Program-made: the position numbers and the translations under genes
In this document: positions 38,691 through 43,329 of the stretch, piece by piece
How positions within the stretch are numbered: position 1 is the stretch's first letter
How the letters are laid out: each line of letters begins with the position of its first letter
Assembly (NCBI GenBank): GCA_014238315.1
Contig: JABABG010000021.1
Span: 1-43,329 of the forward strand
DNA length: 43,329 bases
Source: Alphaproteobacteria bacterium
GTDB lineage: Bacteria; Pseudomonadota; Alphaproteobacteria; JABAAW01
Direction of reading: 5' to 3'
The notes under the pieces: generated by a model
Told to the model about the DNA's origin: nothing
Seen by the model: the letters and a program-made list of their open reading frames with translations, nothing else
Database searches by the model: none

Positions 38691-39884
38691 ATGCCCTGGA
38701 CAATCCTCCGATTTATGCTCTTGCTCTTGCCACTAGCGTGGCTTGCGAGCTTACCGGCTCCTATAGAAATAGCTTTTGGCTCGTGGCGTGTATCTTCTCG
38801 TATCGGAGCATTAATTTTTTTGATACTCGCGCTGATGTTAGTCTTATGGCTAGCGATGATAGCTTGGCGCGAGATTTTGTCATTACCACATAACATACAA
38901 CTATGGCGAGAAACGCGCAGACAGCAAGCAGGCTACCAAGCATTACTATCCTCGTTAGGCGATAGCGGTAGTTCTCATGCTCTCAAGGATGCGATGTCAG
39001 CGCGTAAGTTATTAGGCAATAACCCGCTATCGACTTTAATCGCAGCGCAAGTAGCAGAGGCTACGAACGAAAGTAAGCAAGCTACTCGTCTATATGAAAC
39101 TTTACGCGATGTTAAAGAAACTCGTTTTGTTGCGCTTTTGTCACTAGCTAGGCTTGCTCGCGCAAACGGAGACTTAACTAAAGCTCAAGTTTGTTTGGAA
39201 CAAGCGCAGGATCTTCAGCCTCAATCCCAACAATTGCAGCAAGAGCAAATTGAGATTGCGCAACAGGAAGGCTCTCCGCAAGTGGTGCTTGCTATTCTCG
39301 ATAAGATGCAACGACGCGGTAAAAAGCTTTCTGCGCCACTGCGGAAACTAGAAGCAATTTTACGCACAGATGCTATGCGCAAAGCTCTAGAGGCGAACGA
39401 CCAGTCGGATGCTCTGATGCAAGCGGAACGAGCCTATAGGGCTGCTCCCGCGCATGCTATAGTTGACTACACCCAGAGGCTAGCAGATGGGAACGCTGTC
39501 GATAAAGCACTAGGTCGCAAAATTATAGTCGCCCGTTGGTCAGAGTTCGCAGGACGAGCACTAGCGGAAACTTTTTTCCGTCTAAACGATGCAACGAAAC
39601 CTATCGAGCGTGTTCGACTATTTGAGAATCTAATCGGCAACAAGGCTTCCATGATGTCCCGCTTGCTACTATGCGAGCTACTAATAGATGCGCGTCTTTG
39701 GGCAAGGGCGGAGGATTTGTTAGACGAAGAGTCTATAGTTCTAGAAAAGCCTTGTGCGCCACACTACGAGCTATTGACCTATCTGCGCACCCGCGCGCGC
39801 TTAGCAAAAGAGGCACATAACGACCTAGACGCTCAGCAACATTGGCTTGAGCGCCTAGCAGAACAAGCTAGGCAAGAGGTATAG
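38691..39884 (+). CDS. HemY_N/TPR membrane protein
   Basis: Two N-terminal TM segments (WLASLPAPIEIAFGSW), then TPR-like helices (LIAAQVAE, ARLWARA); last gene of the hemCD cluster. Confidence 0.78.
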   Translation: MPWTILRFMLLLLPLAWLASLPAPIEIAFGSWRVSSRIGALIFLILALMLVLWLAMIAWREILSLPHNIQLWRETRRQQAGYQALLSSLGDSGSSHALKDAMSARKLLGNNPLSTLIAAQVAEATNESKQATRLYETLRDVKETRFVALLSLARLARANGDLTKAQVCLEQAQDLQPQSQQLQQEQIEIAQQEGSPQVVLAILDKMQRRGKKLSAPLRKLEAILRTDAMRKALEANDQSDALMQAERAYRAAPAHAIVDYTQRLADGNAVDKALGRKIIVARWSEFAGRALAETFFRLNDATKPIERVRLFENLIGNKASMMSRLLLCELLIDARLWARAEDLLDEESIVLEKPCAPHYELLTYLRTRARLAKEAHNDLDAQQHWLERLAEQARQEV

Positions 39885-40059
39885 TAGCGCACGGCTACTT
39901 CTTCAAACAAGGTTAGCAATAACTAACTAATCTGACCATCGACTGGACTATACTGGTTGCGTTGTATGGTATGTTGGCTTGCTGGCTTGCTGGTAACCGG
40001 CTATGTTTCGGGTACCAGCAAAAGATACCCGCAAAGATACCCTCAAGGGCGACTAATCC

Positions 40060-40638
40060 CTATTCGTAGGATGCCTCTGTGGTGTAATCGCGGTCGTCGT
40101 CGCGCGGTGCCGTTCCACCCCCACCTTGCTCTGCAAAGTTATTACGATGTGTAGCACCGACAGGTACAGACGAGCGCCGTTCGACCTCTGCTTGTTGCCC
40201 TTCCTCATTCTCTGAGTTAGCGTCGCTATTTTCTTCGCTCGCTTTTCCTTCTGGCGCGACAGCCCAGCGTCGCCGCGAATGTCCTCGCGGAGTATAGGAG
40301 TAAGATGATTGACCGCGCTCATTTGCAGAGCCTTCACTCGCTTGGTTATTCTCGGTATTTTTTTCGCCACTGCGTTCGCTATTATTGCTATGCAAACGCA
40401 AGTAATGCTCTGCGTGCTGCAATAGGCCTTCTGTGAGTATTTTATCTCCGCTAGCGGCGGAGTCTCTTGCGAGCTGCACATACTTGTCGTGAATCTGTAT
40501 GGGTTTCCCGCGCACTCTAAAGTTAGCCGGTCCATTTGATTCGAAGTTTCGCGCAGTAGAATTATTGTTGCGCCCGCGCTGAGAGAAACCATTCCGTTGT
40601 GGTCGAGAAGTTCTTCTCTGACTATGGTTATTGTACAT
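40060..40638 (-). CDS. DUF4167 family protein
   Basis: FESNGP..RVRG...QIHDKYVQLARD...GD....E.LLQHAEHYLR; R/N-rich N-terminus, acidic tail; usual position after prmC. I prefer ATG 40638 to 40782. Confidence 0.85.
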   Translation of the reverse strand: MYNNHSQRRTSRPQRNGFSQRGRNNNSTARNFESNGPANFRVRGKPIQIHDKYVQLARDSAASGDKILTEGLLQHAEHYLRLHSNNSERSGEKNTENNQASEGSANERGQSSYSYTPRGHSRRRWAVAPEGKASEENSDANSENEEGQQAEVERRSSVPVGATHRNNFAEQGGGGTAPRDDDRDYTTEASYE

Positions 40639-40713
40639 AATATCCGTGGTTTTTAGGTAATTTGCACGCCAAGGATTTTGGCTATTAATGTTTAGATAGT
40701 CTGGCAGGATTAA

Positions 40714-40820
40714 CCTGCTCCCCCATTCCCCTCTATTCCCTTGTTCCAGATCATAAGGCGGGACAAGAAAAGCTATTATCAACCCGCCCCCCTGCTCCCC
40801 CCATTTCCCTCTATTCCCCT
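40714..40820. repeat. Two ~28-bp direct repeats, G-rich on the minus strand
   Basis: cctgctcccccattcccctctattccct at 40714 and cctgctccccccatttccctctattcccct at 40791. Confidence 0.85.
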
Positions 40821-40858
40821 ACTTATCGAACGAGGTCAGTCTATAGAGAGCGGATCAT

Positions 40859-41719
40859 TTAGTCAAGAGCTTTGTTGGAGGGTTTTCGTTTTAGTAAGGT
40901 TACGCGCTTGCGCCCGCTCAGATCGCGGTAAGTTTTTATTTTTGCGTATCCCTGTCTTTTGGCAAAGGCTGCTATGGCTGTGCTTTGCTCTGGCGCGTGT
41001 TCGAGTAGCAGCAGTCCGCCTATGCGCAATCTTTTGAGAGCCAGACTGCAAATCGCACGTAAGCTCGCGAGACCGTCGAATCCACCGTCGAGTGCGAGTG
41101 GCGGATCGAAGTTCTGAACTTCGCGTTGTAGATGGTATCTATCCTTGCGGCGCAAGTATGGCGGGTTGGCAAATATCAGGTCGAATCTATAGCGACGACT
41201 AGGCTGTTTATTGCTGAGCCAATCGCTATACGAGAAAAGTATCGAGTTATTTTTCGTGCTGGCTAAGTTTTTTCGCGCTGCTAGCAGAGCCTTGAGGGAC
41301 TTATCGCTCGCGCTGAACTTTCGTAGTTTAGGTCTATTGCTAGCACATTTAAGGTTTTCTACGAGAGTTATTATCAGACAACCACTGCCACAACCTAGCT
41401 CGTGAATATGTGTGATAGGCGCGATAGGTCTCGCGATGATTTCCAGTAATGCATCTATTATGGTCTCGCTATCTGGACGCGGTATCAGGCAAGCGTTGTT
41501 CAAGCGAAAATCCTGCGAGTAAAACTCACGCGAGCCCAGAATCCTTGCTATCGGCTCGCCGTTTGCGCGTCTTTCGACATCGGCTTCGAGCTGTTTTCGC
41601 AGCTCTGTTGTTATGCTCGTGCGCGAGCTCAGCGGCATTGCATCACCGCTACGAGCGCGCCATAGAGCGGAGAGTTCTACTATGGGTTCTAGCAATCCTG
41701 CGCTGGCTAGTCTTTGCAA
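40859..41719 (-). CDS. prmC: Release factor glutamine methyltransferase (5' end uncertain)
   Basis: RRANGEPIARILG, LIPRPDSE, ELGCGSGC, ANPPY, ALDGG.DGL; follows prfA. Confidence 0.93.
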   Translation of the reverse strand: MQRLASAGLLEPIVELSALWRARSGDAMPLSSRTSITTELRKQLEADVERRANGEPIARILGSREFYSQDFRLNNACLIPRPDSETIIDALLEIIARPIAPITHIHELGCGSGCLIITLVENLKCASNRPKLRKFSASDKSLKALLAARKNLASTKNNSILFSYSDWLSNKQPSRRYRFDLIFANPPYLRRKDRYHLQREVQNFDPPLALDGGFDGLASLRAICSLALKRLRIGGLLLLEHAPEQSTAIAAFAKRQGYAKIKTYRDLSGRKRVTLLKRKPSNKALD

Positions 41720-41801
41720 CAGTTGCGCTCTCAGCAGTTGCGCTCTGATGGTGGCTGGGGGATTAATCGTCTGCCTTGTTTATATTCATTTGCTACTTCG
41801 C

Positions 41802-42947
41802 CTATTGCGTTGCACCGAGCTGTTCTTTGTTTTCGAGATTTTCCATATCTTCCATATTTTCCAAACGCTCGCTACGCCGCGCTGCCTCCAGCGGTAGCAG
41901 TAGCTCGTCCAAGCCTTCACCCTGCATTATGCGGTCGAGCTTATATATGGTGAGGGCAATCCTATGATCTGTGACTCTATTTTGCGGGAAGTTATATGTG
42001 CGTATTCTCTCCGAGCGATCACCGCTACCTATTTGACTTTTTCTTGTTAGAGCACGAGCGGCTTGTTCTTTTGCTTGTATATGCGCCTGTAGCCTAGCGC
42101 GTAGAACTTTCATGGCTTTTTCTCGGTTTCTATGCTGCGACTTTTCATCTTGGCACTGCACGACTATATTGCTGGGCTTATGGGTTATTCGCACGGCGGA
42201 GTCTGTTGTGTTGACATGCTGTCCTCCTGCACCTTGCGCACGAAAGGTTTCTACGCGTAGGTCTTGCTCGGCGATGTGGCATTCGTTTTGCGTCGCTTGA
42301 GGTAAGACTGCAACTGTGGCGGCTGATGTATGTATACGCCCGCTTGATTCTGTTTCTGGCACGCGTTGGACACGATGGACGCCCGATTCCGAGCATAATC
42401 TAGCGAACGCTCTATTCCCCTCAATTCCGAGTATTGCTTCGCGCACGCCACCTTGTTGGCTTTCGCTTATGGTTATGGCTTCGATTTTATATTTTTGCCC
42501 TTCTGCGAATCTTCGGTACATTTCCATCAGGTCTGCAGCGAATAGAGCGGCTTCTTCGCCGCCGGTGCCTGGTCTGATTTCTACTATCGCGCTGTTTGCT
42601 TCGGCTTCTTCGCCTTCGAGCATCGAGGCTTGTATTTCTTCGAGCGAGCTACTTGCGAGCTCTTCGAGACGGCTGAGTTCGCTAGTCGCGAGCTCTTTCA
42701 TATCCGCGTCTTCTTCGAGCATTTTTTGCGCATCGAGTTGTTGCTGTTCGAGGCTTTGGTATTGGCGAATTTTACTGGCGAGCGGTGTTAGGCGCGATAG
42801 GGCGCGCGCTAGTTCGGCTCGCGCTTGCGGGGTCAGGGGAGGCGTTGCGGCTGTTTCGAGCGCGCGTTGCGTTTCCGCTTCGCGTTTGAGGGTTACGGCA
42901 AAACGCTTTTGCCACAACAACTTCTGCTTGCCGCCATCGCTACTCAC
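41802..42947 (-). CDS. prfA: Peptide chain release factor 1
   Basis: [24 protein letters not shown] (PxT motif), [17 protein letters not shown]; GTG start overlaps the upstream TGA. Confidence 0.97.
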   Translation of the reverse strand: MSSDGGKQKLLWQKRFAVTLKREAETQRALETAATPPLTPQARAELARALSRLTPLASKIRQYQSLEQQQLDAQKMLEEDADMKELATSELSRLEELASSSLEEIQASMLEGEEAEANSAIVEIRPGTGGEEAALFAADLMEMYRRFAEGQKYKIEAITISESQQGGVREAILGIEGNRAFARLCSESGVHRVQRVPETESSGRIHTSAATVAVLPQATQNECHIAEQDLRVETFRAQGAGGQHVNTTDSAVRITHKPSNIVVQCQDEKSQHRNREKAMKVLRARLQAHIQAKEQAARALTRKSQIGSGDRSERIRTYNFPQNRVTDHRIALTIYKLDRIMQGEGLDELLLPLEAARRSERLENMEDMENLENKEQLGATQ

Positions 42948-43327
42948 GGCGTGCCATCCACTATCAATTTTATCAGGGCGAGCAACTCGTCTTCGCTCAT
43001 ATTATAGTCGGAGTTATATGCATCTTTTTTAGGATAGAGCCTCACTAGGGCCAACTTACCTATTTTTTCACTACCCTCTTCACTACACAGACTAATTCCA
43101 TAATCGTAGCCCGCTCGCCCCGCTCCTGGAAAATTGAGGTTGGAAGAGAAAACAGCGCGATTATTATCCGATGGTAAGAACTCTTTATAAATTTTCCTTC
43201 TAATGTTGTAATACTTACCTGGAGTCCCGATGAAGCAAAATCTTACCTTTTGTTGCTGTTGCTTTGCGGCTAAATCGTCCACTTGCTCAGCCACTAAGTC
43301 TACCAATCTCTCTAAGCCCGCCGCCCA
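42944..43327 (-). CDS. hisS: Histidine--tRNA ligase, C-terminal part (cut by the window edge)
   Basis: The frame of the 120-aa ORF stays open to the window edge and reads [11 protein letters not shown] (class II motif 3 of HisRS); hisS-prfA-prmC order. Confidence 0.8.
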   Translation of the reverse strand, partial: WAAGLERLVDLVAEQVDDLAAKQQQQKVRFCFIGTPGKYYNIRRKIYKEFLPSDNNRAVFSSNLNFPGAGRAGYDYGISLCSEEGSEKIGKLALVRLYPKKDAYNSDYNMSEDELLALIKLIVDGTP

Positions 43328-43329
43328 AC

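Noticed and set aside
39989-40024. Hairpin gctggta...taccagc as an intrinsic terminator
   Set aside because: No U-tract follows it on either strand; it may still be a structure between convergent genes
40053-40782. Alternative 179-aa ORF and the 48-aa upstream extension of the DUF4167 ORF
   Set aside because: The conserved motif is in the 40060 frame; the extension only translates the repeat-containing leader
42316-43032. 238-aa plus-strand ORF
   Set aside because: Antisense shadow of prfA
42944-43306. Stand-alone 120-aa hypothetical protein
   Set aside because: The frame is open to the window edge and contains HisRS motif 3, so it is the hisS 3' end

Overview
A core-genome window from a divergent alphaproteobacterium. 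The assignment rests on gene orders such as miaA-ilvB, proS-lolE-lolD, ffs-dnaX, hemC-hemD-mic60-like-hemY, hisS-prfA-prmC-DUF4167 and flgI-flgJ-flgN-flgK. It holds about 33 CDSs, two of them cut by the window edges (a type III-like DNA methyltransferase on the left, hisS on the right), plus the SRP RNA. I saw no tRNA, rRNA, CRISPR array, transposase or phage gene. Points worth a second look: (1) a sigma54-driven unit at 20198-20630 with an SD-led ATG-AGG-TAG minigene, an orphan 59-aa ORF and a structured 3' RNA with a C/U-rich loop and terminator; (2) a Mic60/mitofilin-like membrane protein with an N-terminal Cro-like HTH, in an operon preceded by a DnaA-box cluster; (3) ThrC fused to a ~390-aa acidic disordered tail containing a C9 tract; (4) repeat- and G-rich leaders upstream of the methyltransferase and the DUF4167 gene; (5) a prmC 5' end that seems to need a +1 frame change or a non-canonical start; (6) pervasive 9-18 bp tandem micro-duplications, alongside a Pol I whose proofreading motifs look dead. 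All calls come from reading motifs by eye; no searches were run.
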